Below the pieces are notes generated by a model that saw only the letters and a list, made by a program, of their open reading frames with translations, was not told where the DNA came from and did not search any database. From Monocercomonoides exilis PA203 (lineage: Eukaryota; Protista; Preaxostyla), in contig LSRY02000034.1 in NCBI GenBank assembly GCA_001643675.2, positions 620,001 through 684,000 of the forward strand: 64,000 nt of DNA, in the 5' to 3' direction. A program made the position numbers and the translations under genes. This document shows, piece after piece, positions 13,238 through 26,340 of the stretch (the first letter of the stretch is position 1; the number at the start of each line of letters is the position of its first letter).

Positions 13238-16200
13238 ATGCTTCTTTTTCGCATCTTTCTTATTTTTTTATTTGCAAAAGGAAGCTCTTTTGGCACGATT
13301 TCGGAAGAGCTTAAGAAAAGATTTACCACTTATTCAGGATTATCTTCAACTGAGCTATTGCATGATTCCAACTTTCATTTAGAAGGTGAAGGTTATGATA
13401 TATTTCAGAAAAAATCTTGTAAGAATAAGTTTGATGCTAACGGAGAGAGGTTCCTTTTCAAGGATATCAAAACAAAATTAGACGCTCATATTCTTTTAGC
13501 GAATTCTACGTTGATGCTTTCGACAATTGATGTTTTAATAACAAGAGAAAAACCAACTTTTAATTGCGGGAATTTTTCTCTTGTCGAATTTTCTTGTTGT
13601 AAGATATCTTTTTCTGAATTGAGCAACAGCTCATTATTTGATTGTGCTGAAGGAAATATCAAAATCTTTAATGTGAGCCTGAAATGCTCTAGTAGCATCT
13701 CATTTTTTGAGCCATTTACTTCATATAACAAGAGATCTTCACTTTTGCCTTCAGAACGTTCATTTGGATCTCTGTTAGTTGAACATTCAACATTTTCTTC
13801 CTTCATAACTTCATTTCACCCATTTCTTTGTTCTCCATTTATTTCAACCGCTACAATTTCTTTTTCATCATTTACAAATATTTCTTCAACAATCCAGACA
13901 CACAAGCCATCAGCTTGCACAACGTGCTTCACCAGGCTTTATAGCTGCAACTTTTTTTTGGTCGATGATGTTATTTATGGAGGATTATTCCAATCTATTA
14001 ATGCACCATTGACTTCATTGACTTCAACAAACAACTCGTATTTTTATTGCAGTCACACTTCAAATGTTAAAAATGAAGAATATGACACTCGCCAAAATTG
14101 CACGGAGAGTGCGTCATTCAACGATGATTATTTCTTTTGTCAAACAGAATCAAATGGAGGAGCTATTTATGCTTTGAATTCAGACACTGTTTTAACTGTT
14201 CTTAGATGCTTTTTTGAAAAGTATGTTGAAAAGAAGTGAAATATTTGTTTTTCAATTATGTAAATTCAGATTTAATTAATTAATCGGAGAGGTTTATTTT
14301 TTTTTAAAAAAATTCAATTTCAATATTTTCTTATTTCTTTTCTTTCGAACTTCTTTTGCTAAATATTTTTTAAATAAATTTTTTTTCTCTGTTTCTCAAC
14401 AAACTACATTGTAACTTTAACCTCCTTGAACTTTTTGATATTGCACGCCTCATATCTGAATCTTTTCTCATATTTATTTTGGCTTTAAGATGCAATTCAT
14501 ATTTAGGCGGTGCAATTTGTGCACAAAATATAAAGCGTTCCATCATAAACGATTCAAACTTCACAGAATGCAAAGCCAGTTATAATCCAGGAAATGCAGG
14601 AGCTGCATATCTTTCAGGCCATTCGAACGGCCTTTTCATTTATAATTGTATCTTTCTTTCGTGCAATTCTGAAGGCTCTACTGGAGCTGTATTCTTAGAA
14701 GATATTATTTCACCGTCGGGTTCTGATGACAGTTCGACAGTGATAAAAAAATGTGCGTTCAACAAAAATTCAGCTTCAAGTTTTTGTGGAGGCCTTTACG
14801 TTTCTATGAGTGATTCAGTTTTTCTTCTTGACGATTGCACATTTGTAGAAAATGTTGCATCAAACCGTGGCGGAGCTTTGTTTATAAATTTCAATGAAAA
14901 GATAAAAAAGTATGTCACAGATGGCAATTATATCTTGAAAAACTGTTTTTTCCATGCAAATAAGGAGGACAGCAATTCTTCCAATGACATATTTGTTGCT
15001 GGTAATACCGACTCCGTTGAGCATCCCTTTCTCAATTCATTCTCAACAACTGTGAGCAACCGGGTGGCTGGAACAACAAACCACGACGAATGGCTTGAGA
15101 CAGGCGTATTGGAGTGCCTCATCGACCCGCTCCACGCGAACGCCAAAGACAGTCCCGGCTGCGGCTCTGACGAGCAGCCGTGCAGAACTCTGGAAGGAGC
15201 AGTGGAGAACACAGAGGGCGAAATCACTTTCAATCTCACGTTGGCTTCTACTAACCATCGCCCCAGGCGCAGCGTGCTCATCAACACTCTGAAGATTATC
15301 CTCAAGGGAAAATCGAGCCAAGCCAACGAGCTCGCAGCAGTGTTGACGGATGATTGGGAAAGAAGCACGTCTTCATCGGGAGCTGCAATTGGAAAAGAAG
15401 GTCATTTAGCTACTGCAGCCACAGCCTCAAGTGCTCCAGATTCGCTTTTCGTGATCACGACGGGACGTTTGTGGTGCTTCAACTTCAGCATTGTGTGTTC
15501 TTCGGCAAAGACAAGTCTTTCACTGTTCCTCTTTTTGCAGACTCCGACACCTGATCCTGCTCCTTCGTCAGCAGTGGCAGAGCAGTTTCGCTCAACTTTC
15601 TTTTCTAACTTGGCCAGTTCTTCCAGCCATTCATCAAAAAACGGAAATGGATATATCTCAAGTGCAAATTTGGTGAGAACTCGAAATAATGCGAATGCGA
15701 ATGAAAACGAAGGCGAAAGCGAAAGCGAAAGTGAAAACGAAGTTGACTCAGATCTGCTTTTGGATCACGTTTCTGTCACGTCTTCTGGCAGTTCCTATTC
15801 TTCTTCTTCTTATTCATCTCCGTTTTTCTATCTGTTACCTGAAAAGACTGTTGCTTTTGATGGCTTTTCTGTCTCTCAGATTCTATTTGGCAATGTGCCT
15901 CTTATTTTCTATCAGCAGCCCACATCTAACGCTAATTTATTTAGATTTTCCTCATTTTCATCATCAAAATCTAATTCAAACCCGCATTTCTGTCCAAACC
16001 AAGCATCAAATCCATCGCAGCTGCTCGTCATAAAACACTCCATTTTTTCCGAATTGAGCCGAAGCGGGCAAAGCGGCGGCTGTGTTCTGGACGAATCATC
16101 GAGCGACTGCAGCGTCGTCATCCAAAACTGCACGTTTTTCAACTGCCACACGTCGCAGTCCTCAGCCGGAGGTTGCCTGAGGCTTCAGTCAAAAAGCGCC

Positions 16201-19200
16201 GATGATTCTCCTGTCTGCCTCGAGAACTGCTCGTTTTCTGTGTGCAAAGCCGCCAGCAGCAGCTCAGCAGCCTCCAGAGGGAAAGGAGGCGCGATCTATT
16301 TGAAGATAGCAGAGCACGACTCGTTCGCTCTCAAAGACTTAAAATTCGAATCAAACGTTGCGTTTATTGGGAAAGATATCTATTTCTATGGATTAAATCT
16401 GTCTGTTGACGTGACCAGCGCTTCTTTCCCGTTTGCGCTAAGTGAGATGTACATCAAAAACAGAACGAACTCGTTGTTTGGAAGCGACGACACGCCAACA
16501 TTTGAGAACGAAGACGTCAATCTGTATGACTTTCTGATAACACCTTCCAGCCAATCAACGTGGTCTGTGTTTGTCTCCACAACTTTGGGCTCTGATTTTC
16601 TTTCCTGCGGTTCCAGCTCCCATCCATGCAGCACATTCAACTACGGGATGGGCTGCTTTGGAACTCCTGTTGCTGCCAACCGCACGATATCATTGAAAGG
16701 ATCAACAGAATGCTTCGCTTGCTCTTGCTTGTCTGAACCGCTTGCAATCAATGGGACTGATTCCGATTCCAGTGCTGATGCTGATGCTGATGTAGATACC
16801 TTATCTGTCTTTAATTTTGCACAGAGTATGAAAGAAGCCTGCGATGGCGGGGTTGCTCTGAGCATAGAGACGAATCTGGCGGTGAGCAACGTCAAATTCA
16901 CGTTTTGCTCATCGATCAACATTGAAGCTGGGACTCCTACTGCAGTTTCCACCCTTTTTGAAATGAAAGGAGAAAGACTGAATCTCCACAATTGTGCGTT
17001 TCATTGCCGCACTCCGACGGATGCAATCGCTCATTCCATTCTGAATATGCGGAGCGGGATACTTTCGATCAGCGGATGCAACATTGCACAAGGTGGCATC
17101 TCGTTCTCTTGCTCTCTGATTTCTCTGGCTGACAGCATCACCTCTGCAAGCATCACTTCGATGAATGTGAGCGGTGTTAGTTTTTCATCCGGAAGCGTTC
17201 TGTCGACCAGCTTCACGAGCGACACACACATCCCAGTCAAATTCTACGACTGCATTTTCAACGATGTCACAAGCGCATCAAGCAGCTCTGCTGTCATATC
17301 TTCAAACGGAGTCTCAGCAATCGAGATGTCAAACACTGAATTGAGCGGATGTGTGGCAAGTGCTTCAAACGCTGGTGGAGGGTTGCAGCTGGCCTTTTCT
17401 GTGTCTGGATATCTGACAATGAATGGAGGATGCAAAGTGAGTGGGTGCCAATGCAGCACGACGAGTGGCAAAGGAGGAGGGATCTACATGAGAGTGCCCA
17501 ACACAGCGAACACCATAAATTTGGTTGATGTCACATTTGCAAACAGTAACGACGCCAAAACGGGGACAAACTTGTTTGTTTTGAGCGATTATCTCAACGA
17601 GACTGTGAGGCGCAGTGCATGGGGCGACTGGGTTGAGGATTGGATATCGTCGGACAATGCATTTATAGGATGCAACGAGACAACAGAAGCAATGTACAAC
17701 TTGATGCTGTTTCTGTTCCAGCAGAACAGCAGCGAGCTTCAAGTGCGTTCAGATGGGATTGATGCTCTGGGATGTGGGACAGAGATTTACCCTTGCAAAA
17801 CACTCAGGCACGGAAGCGCTTTGATCAGGAAGTATTTGATCTCGATTGATTCACTCGCAGACGGCGGCAAGCTGACACAGCTGGATATGCAGAGGCTGCG
17901 TGAGCCTGTTGACTTGAGCAGCGTTGTCGTTCAGTCTGCTGGCCAAACGATTGATTTTACAATGCCTTCTCATTCTGATCAGGAGCTGTTTTGGATTGTC
18001 AGTTCTGCTTCTGCTGGCTTTTACAACACCTCGTTGAATTTGCCTCAGGAGCTTCCAACGCAAATGTCACAGCTTATCCATTCGTCACCGACTGATCCGT
18101 TGGATGTATTCTTGTTTGACACAGTTGGAATTACTTCCAATGGAGAGCTGAAATACTCACTTCTTTTACTTTCTTCGGGATGTGCAGAAATCAACAACTG
18201 CAATTGGCAGTCAATCAAATTCACTCCAGCGGTTAGCATCAGCAGCAATGAAATCAGCTTCAATAGAAACTTCCCTTCTTTCATCAGCTTCAGCAGCGAT
18301 CCGAACGCTGAGCTGAAGACATCACTGTACATCGACAACTGCACATTCTCAGAAATTACTTCCAGCGCCAGTCCGCAGGGGGGCTGCCTCTATTTCTTCT
18401 CCACCAGCGGCATATGTGCTGTGTGCATCAAAAGCACTACAATCTCCAAGTGCGCTTGCAACGCTGCTTCTGGCTACGGAGGCGGGCTGATGTTCCGTCT
18501 GACCGTGTCCCCAGGCTCCTTCGAGCTGCTGCAGCTGAACATGCAGCAGAACGAGGCATCCGTTGGAAAGCACATCTATTTGGAGTGCCCAGAAATGTGG
18601 CGGGTTGTCAACACTCGGAACTGGCAGTTCACTGCCTGTGCTGCTCTTGAACCGGGAAACCTGCGCGGATTGGAGATTGGGGGAACAGATACAATTGACT
18701 TGAAAAATTATCTAGATCCAAAGGCGGTTGGGGTGATGATTGTCAATGTTGCTGGAACAAACAGTCTCATATGTGGTGAGGATCCAATGTGCAAGAGCTT
18801 GGACTATGCCATCCTCCGCTATGAGACGCAGAATGAAAAGTCGTGCCCTGAATCTCCATCAGCTTCAATGGAGAATTCTGTGGAACAGCAATTTTTGAAT
18901 AGCAACAGTTATAACCTCATATCTGTCCGTATCGAAGCAACATTAGAAGCTGCAATCAGTCCTCTGCTCGACTTCAACATAAGTGCTGATAACATTCCAA
19001 TTGATTCAAGCGAAACAAAAGCGAAAATGTTTATTTCTAACGACATCAGCGCCGATGGCGGTCTGTTCACAGTGAATTCTGCGTTTTGCAGCAAGTCCAT
19101 CGACTATGTGCTGCCTTCTCTGTTTCAGTATCGCGTGCCGAGCGCTTTGTTCAGCTTATCTAAGGATACAAGCTCATTGACGCTTGACTCGTGTTCAGTT

Positions 19201-22200
19201 AACTCGAATGATGACACTGGGTCGTCTGTATATTCAACAAAGATCCTCTTCATAACAGACGGTAAACTGAACATGGCTTATTGCTCAATTGCGCAGATGA
19301 AGTTTTCATCTTCACCATTTTATATCATGGAAAGGGTGGAGTTTACGATGAAGTCGGTGGTCATTGGAAGCGAGCCACCTGCTGTTGATGAGCACCAGCA
19401 TCCAGAAGTCAATGAAGCATCTGGGATTATGATAAACGGAGCGTCTTTCTTTGAGCTGGAGTCGCTGTATATAACATCTTCTTCCTTTCGCAGTAGTAAC
19501 TCGAACTGGCATAGAAAAGCGAATATTAACAATCCGTTTATGAAATTTGAAAACACCACATTTGGCCAAATTTCTTCTGAAGGCTCGCAACTTGCAACTT
19601 TGTTTTCAGACGAAATACATCTGCCTCTTTCTTTCAGCAACTGCACGTTGAATTCGCTGCAATCTTCTCAGTCTGCAGAAGGAGGCGGGATGAAGCTGAA
19701 GCTGAAAGACGGATCTGACCTTCAGATAAACGGAGCTTCGACTGACGATTTGTCTTCCATTGCTTTTTGTGTGTGCGGCGGAGCAAACGGAAAAGGGGGG
19801 TTTTTGTATTTGGATTGCGGTAGTTCAAACAGTTTTCTTCTGAAAGATTTGGAATTTTCTGGCAATGAAGCAGCGAGTGGCAAGAACATATATGTGCAAA
19901 GTGCAGATTTAAATACCTCAATCAATCTGCAAAGGTTCTCTTTTTCATTGGAATCATGGCTGAACGACGAAAACGCATTCACCGGAAGCGATTCAAATCT
20001 TCCTTTGATTGATCTGCTTATGTTTCTTGTGGAAAGAGCTGATGAGACAATATTTGTCTCTGAAAATGGCTTGGACTTGCTGCGTTGTGGGACTTCAGTA
20101 CAGCCCTGTGCTTCTGTCTGGAGAGGCTACAAGAACGTGAAAGCAGACGCAGAGGCAAAGCAGCTGATCATCAACGACTCTGGTTTCATACAAGATCAAC
20201 TTGACTTGTCTGGTTTTGCTGTGAAGTCGGCTGTGCCGTCGAACAAAGTGCTGCTTGCAATCAACAAAGTCATCTTTTCGCAGGTTTCAAGCGGAGAAGG
20301 TTATTTCATTCAAGACTCATTGTTCACAAACACAAAGTCGCTTTCGTTTTCTTCTGTGGGATTTTTGCTGTGTGATTCATTTGAACGAAAGGCGGATCAA
20401 CATTTGACAATGAATGATGCTTCATTGATTGCTTCATCATCATTATCATCTTCTGCTTCTTCTTCTGCTTTTGAAAGTGCTTTACAGGCAACAATACAAC
20501 CTCCTTCGATTCTTATAACTTGCACAGAATCTGCTGTCAACTTGTCATTCACTTCTTGCTCCTTTAAGGCAGAAGCAACAACACAAATGAGCATGCAAAA
20601 GTCAAATCATAAACACAATTCATTAGCTTATTCAACCAAAGAGAATGCAGACAATGTTCCCATCGCTTATACATTGGCATCTTTGCTTGGTGGGTGCCTC
20701 TACATCACAGATTGCAGCATCACCGATATGAGCTTTGTTTTAACTCCTTTCTCATTCACAAGTGCAGTTGCCTCAGTCAGCATCAGCGGCTCAACTTTGA
20801 GTCAACTCAATCTGCAGGACAGTGCTTTGTTCACTTTGAGGGAAGTTGCATCTTCCCGTCAAGTGAAGACTGCCTCATCTGCGTCTGTGAATGAAGATAT
20901 CGATGAACCACCACCTCCTGCAGAGGATGAGCCGAATGAACTGATTATCACAGTCAGCAACACACAAATAACTTCCGTCTTTCGGAAGTCAAACACAGCT
21001 GCAAGTGGAGGCTGTTTTATTTCTTCTGTTTGCAGCGGAGATTCCACAGAGTATTCTCTCTTTCCGCTGGTGTCAGCCATTGTCTCGAACTGCAGCTTCA
21101 TCAGCTGCTCTGCCCTTTCTTCTTCTGAAGGCGGAGCGCTTTGTGCCGCGTTCCATCCGGATTCACAGCTGTTTTGCATTATCAATTCGACAGTTGTTCT
21201 TTGTGCAGCATCAAACACAAATGGCAAAGGAGGTGGCTTGTTTATCAACTGCAATGCGGAACTTCCAGATCCTCCTCCTTCTCCTCCACCCTCTGAACCT
21301 GCTTTCCATTCAAATTCTGATAGAAAAAATCGAATGTTCTCTTCACTTAGCCAACAAACAAGCTCAAATCAAGAGCAAGATCCTGAAGATGAACCAGAAC
21401 CGGAGCCAGAGCCAGGCCCTGTCATTCCTTCGCTGAATCTTTTATTTGATTCAATTCGGTTCAACGCGAACTCAGCGTCCATTGGAAAGGACTTGTTTAT
21501 TGTCTGCCATTCGATTCAAAAGCAGGTGAATGAAACGATGTTCTGGATTGACTTCGACGACGCGCAATACGACCGCAGCAACTCGATCTGGGGCGAAGAC
21601 GAAGGAGAGCACAAGAACACTCCAATTGATTTGTACCCGCTCATCCTCATCTTCCGCTCGCATTCCATCCTCATTTCGAACGTGACTGGGGCAGATGGGA
21701 ACAAGTGCGGGACAGAAGAGCATCCCTGCAAGACAATACGCGATGCTCAGAGACATTGGAGCCGCGACCCGACGTTCAACTTGGTGCTGTGCGACAGCGC
21801 TGATGTGCTTGACACAATGAGCCTGTCGGGTGTGGCGTTCAAAGCAAAAGACGTTGATAGAATAGCAGATCTGCGTTTTGACTCTGTGTTTGAGGTGGCA
21901 TTGGAACCAGAAGAAGCTGCAATTTCGACAAGTTTTGTGATCAAATCACCATTTCTGTCAACATCGTCTTCGAATTCTGGCATTTTCTCAACTTTCGAAT
22001 ATGCTTCGTTTGAGTCAATGAACTTTCTTATTGGAGCTTCCTTTTCTTCGAACTTTCCATCTTTCTTTGCTGAGCACAGTGGCGTGCTTTCTCTCTCCTC
22101 CTGCTCGTTTTCCAGCCAAAGCGAACTTCCTTCTCTGAACGGGTCGCTTATCCGCATCTTCGACGGGTCGCTCCAGATGCAAGGATGCAGCATTCGTTCT

Positions 22201-24423
22201 CTTTCTTTTGGAGACCCCGTGATTTGCGGCGATCTCTATGTGGATCCAGCGGAGCCTGAACCTCCAATTCATTTTGAGCCTTTGAAAAATGGTTTATGGA
22301 AAGAAATTTCATTGAGTGAAAGTGATGAGTTGAATTTTGATGCAAAAATTTCCATCGGCTCTTCGAAATCTACTTCTTTAAAGAATTCTTTATTTAATAA
22401 TGCTTCTTCCTCTTCATTTTCATCTCCTCGCCTCACTCGAAATGCAAATCCAAAAATTGTGCTTGATCTTACTGGCTGCTCATTTATCAACTTGACTTCA
22501 TCTTCTTTGAATGCTTCTGTCATCTTTGTTCCTTCATACACTTCATCCATTCGCTTATCTTTGTGTGTGTTTGAAGCCTGCGCTTCAAAAGCTCCAATAG
22601 GAAATGTTGTTTATATCAATGGATCCGAAGTCAAAGAAGGCGAAAGCAACGGTGTTGAATTTAATTCTTGCATATTTGATGGAATCTTGACTGTTGAAGA
22701 GAATGAAACAGAAGGAGAACAACAGCCACAGAAAAATGAAATATTTACTCAAAAAACATCAAAAATAAACAGAAAAGAACAGAAACAAATGAATTTCTAT
22801 GGTTCTTTTGTTGATGAGCCATTTTCCTCTGAAGGAAGCGATGAAGTTAAGTGTGAGTGGGAAGACGGAGCAATCTTCTTATCTAAATGCATGGCATCAT
22901 TTGTCAACACAACTGTGCTAAACCTGCCGAACGGAGGAATAATTCTTAGAAACAGCAGCGCATCGTTTGAACAGCCAGAGTTTGGGGGCAACGGTGTTGC
23001 AGTTGCAGGGTTTGAGAGCATGTCGCACAATGTGGTGTGCGAAGAAGGCGATGTTTCTGTTTTGTCAGCACGTGTGGCATCGGAGGAGGCTGAAACGAAC
23101 TCGTTTTGGATGATTGGGCGGAATTGCGAGATGGGAGGCATCATCAAAGAGATCGGGTCGTACTTCTTTGTTCCAGTGCTGAAAACAGTGGGATATGCAG
23201 AGGAAGGAGACAATATTCGGCTTGTGTTCACAGGAGAAAGACTGATCCCGTGCGATATCTCTTTTCAGATTGTCACTCGGTGCGGAAGTGAAGAGAATGT
23301 TCAAAGCTTCGATTTCGCCTCGTTTGAGAATGAAACTGTTGCCCATGCGACTGTTCCATCTTCTGTGCTGGGCGGTGCATCTGGTTGCAGCGTGTTTGGC
23401 CGTGTTGCATTCAACAACAAGATGAAGAAGCCTCCACTGACTGAGCTTGTGCCGCTTACGTTGCTTCCCCTTGATGACAGAGAAACAAAGGCAGCTTCTA
23501 TTTTCACGTGGTCGTTCATCGCATTCCTGGTGACTGCTGTTGTGCTCATTGTATTTGTAATTGTAGTTATTGTTATCTTCATCAGGCAGAGAAAGAAGAT
23601 TAAGAACTTAGAAAACGGAGGAAAGAAAGACAATCGCGAAATTGAGATGCAGCCAGAGCTGCCAAAGCTGCGCCTTCTGAAAACTGTTGAGCCTTTTGAT
23701 GAAGTTGAGCTGAGCGATACAACCTGCCTTATGCAGAGGATATTTGCACAGCAGCAGAGAGAAGGAGAAGGAGAAGGGGAACCGGGAAGAGAGCAATATT
23801 TGGCACGGCAGCTGAGCGCTGTCAATATCATCCTGAGGCTGGCGGAGCTGTTCAAAGACCATTTTGAGAGGGAAGTGGAGGGAACAGCGAAAGTGGCGTA
23901 TGAGCTGAATCCGTTCACGGTGACGATTGGGAAGGATCTGGACAGGGATGTGTATGTGAAGCTGGAAGAGGGACAAGGCGAGGAAGATGGTGAAGACTTG
24001 GATGAATGGAAGCGATGGCTGGCACCTGAGTTGCCTGTTGGAAAAGGAGATGAAAGAGAAAAGGAGAAGAGGAAGAGAAGAGGTGGAGAAGAAAGAGGAG
24101 AAGAAGAAGGAGTGGGAGGAAGCAACGATGCGAATGAAGAAGATTACAAGAAAGGTACTCCGAAAAGTGTTGTGTATACGTTGGGTCTGACGCTGTATTC
24201 GATTGTGATGATGCAAAAACCTTATCAGAACGTCACAGCAGGCGAAGCAAGGGCAGCGATTATGAGTGGAGAAAGGCCGGTGATGGGAGATGTACCTGAC
24301 TCACCGCTAGCAAAGCTGATGAAAAGCATGTGGATGCAAAACCCAGAAGATCGGATTGATTTGGAGAAGCTGGTGAATCAGTTGAAAGCACAGGCAGAGC
24401 CAGTTGTGCAGAATGGAGCTTGA
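13238..24423 (+). CDS. Giant (~3638 aa) single-pass receptor-like protein: signal peptide, ~6 tandem beta-helix (Pmp/pectin-lyase-like) modules, TM helix, C-terminal TKL-derived pseudokinase. Exons 13238-14220 and 14490-24423
   Basis: N-terminal MLLFRIFLIFLFAKG. Intron GTATGT(14221)...TTTAAG(14489) joins the two ORFs in frame (FEK|CNSYLGGAI). Repeated GGA(I/L) and CGx4-5(P)C motifs. Hydrophobic FTWSFIAFLVTAVVLIVFVIVVIVIFI followed by RQRKK at ~23503-23600. Kinase C-lobe motifs RWLAPE, KSVVYTLG, KPY, ERP, MWMQNPEDR. Confidence 0.9.
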
Positions 24424-26340
24424 AGAAAACGAATAACATGCTTATTTAATTTTTTATATTTTTTCCCTCAGGATTTTTTTTAGAAGTTAAAAAGAGAATT
24501 TAGAGATTCTTGTTCAATTAGTAGTGTTCCAAGTGCAATTTATTGTTTGTAATAATAAAACACATTATTCGTTTTATTTGGATTATTTTAAGTGTTTATT
24601 TTACCCCTTAAGCTTTCATTAGAAATGTCTCACTAATCTTTATGTGTTTAATGTATTTTTTAACATCACTTCGATTCATAATTATGTTTTATTTCTCCTC
24701 ATATTCCTCTTCTGTGAAATTTTTTTCTCTTTGGCAACTCTTTAGACTTTTTTCTTTACACATTTTAATAACACTTTTTGTTCCAATTACACATTATCCA
24801 CTTTTGAATTTTCATTTGATTGTATTCCATTTAAATTTTTAATAATATTTGCTTTCTTTTAATTTGCATGTAAATGCTTTTTGGTTTTTCTATGTCAATA
24901 ATTACAGATTCAATTATCAAAAAAAATTCTTTTTTTCTTGTTTAAAAAAATATAAATCTTCATATGCATTTTCTCGCTGCGTTGTTTTCTCAAATACGAG
25001 AGTTAGAACAAAACGAAATGCAGCAAGCAAAATGATCTCAGCTTATAATAATTATTAGAAGAAATAATAATAACAATCAATAGCAATAAGGATAATAATC
25101 ATAAAAACGTAACTCGAGTGTTTATTCGAGATGGGAGTACATACAATTAGAAAAACTCGTGAAGTAGTTGCTTCAATGTAAATATGACAGTCAGAATTCA
25201 ATGTAATAAAAGTTCACACTCTTAAAAACCCTCGAAGCTAAACTTCTAAAAGATTTACTTCAAAATTAAAAGGAGAAAAAAAAAAGGTTTATTTATTTTT
25301 AAAAGGAAAAATAAAAAATGATTGGAATAAAATAACAAAATTAGCAAGCAGACAAACAGATTTTAAAAAAAAAAAGGATTTCAAAATATATTTAACAAAA
25401 TAATAAATTCTTATGTTTATTAATAAAAAGCCAACTTGTCAAGCAAAGTCCTCTTTTGGAGCATCTTTGAATGACTTTTTGCACAAAACATCGTTTGTTT
25501 AAGTGCTTTCTGTGTGGCAGTTAAAAAATCCTCCAAACAAAACAAGAAGAAGAAAAACTTCATCAAAGAAAAATAATAATAAATAGAAAAGGGGTTAAAA
25601 ATCGAAATATTAAAAAGGAAATATTTCATGAATTTTTTATTGTTTGTTTTTCTTTCGATAAAAAAAGTTCATAAGAAAAGAAAAGGAAATCAAGCAAGAT
25701 AATAACCAACAGCAAACAACAAAGCAAGTTTGCAAACAAAATGATAAATTAATGAAAACATTAGCAGAAATGACAAAGATAATGCAAGTTATAAAAATTG
25801 TGCGATAAAACGAACGAATTATTCTTGAAGATTTGAAAAACGAGTCAAGAACAACGAAATAAGCGCAATAAAATTTATAATTTTATTTTTTAGTAATTTT
25901 CCCTATCTTTGTTCTCAGGCATATTCGAAACAGCAGAAAAAGCTCAATTCAAACTCAATCGAAATAAAACCCAATTAAAAAGAAAAGAAAAGAAAAAGAG
26001 AGACAAAAAAGGATTTCATAAAGGATTAAATTAAAATGCAAGTGATCCATCAAATAAATAAGCAGTGCTTGTATGAAAGTGTTTAGTGATGTGTCCGCAA
26101 ATACTTACCAAATAAAAATTTTTTTGTCAATTTTAACAAAATTTCTCGCTATCAATATTTTATGATGATGTCTTTTTTGAGTTAGAGCCGAATTCAACCA
26201 TGGATATAATTTCTGATCCCGAAGAAGAGCAAGAAAGATGATAATGCTAATGACGATAATGTTGTTAGTCGAACTTACATTTGTACTTGAAATACTGCAA
26301 TCATTATTTTTTTACTTCATCATTATTTTCTTTATTTTCT

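Noticed and set aside
14928-24216. Numerous minus-strand and alternate-frame ORFs within the giant gene
   Set aside because: Shadow ORFs with no independent motifs.
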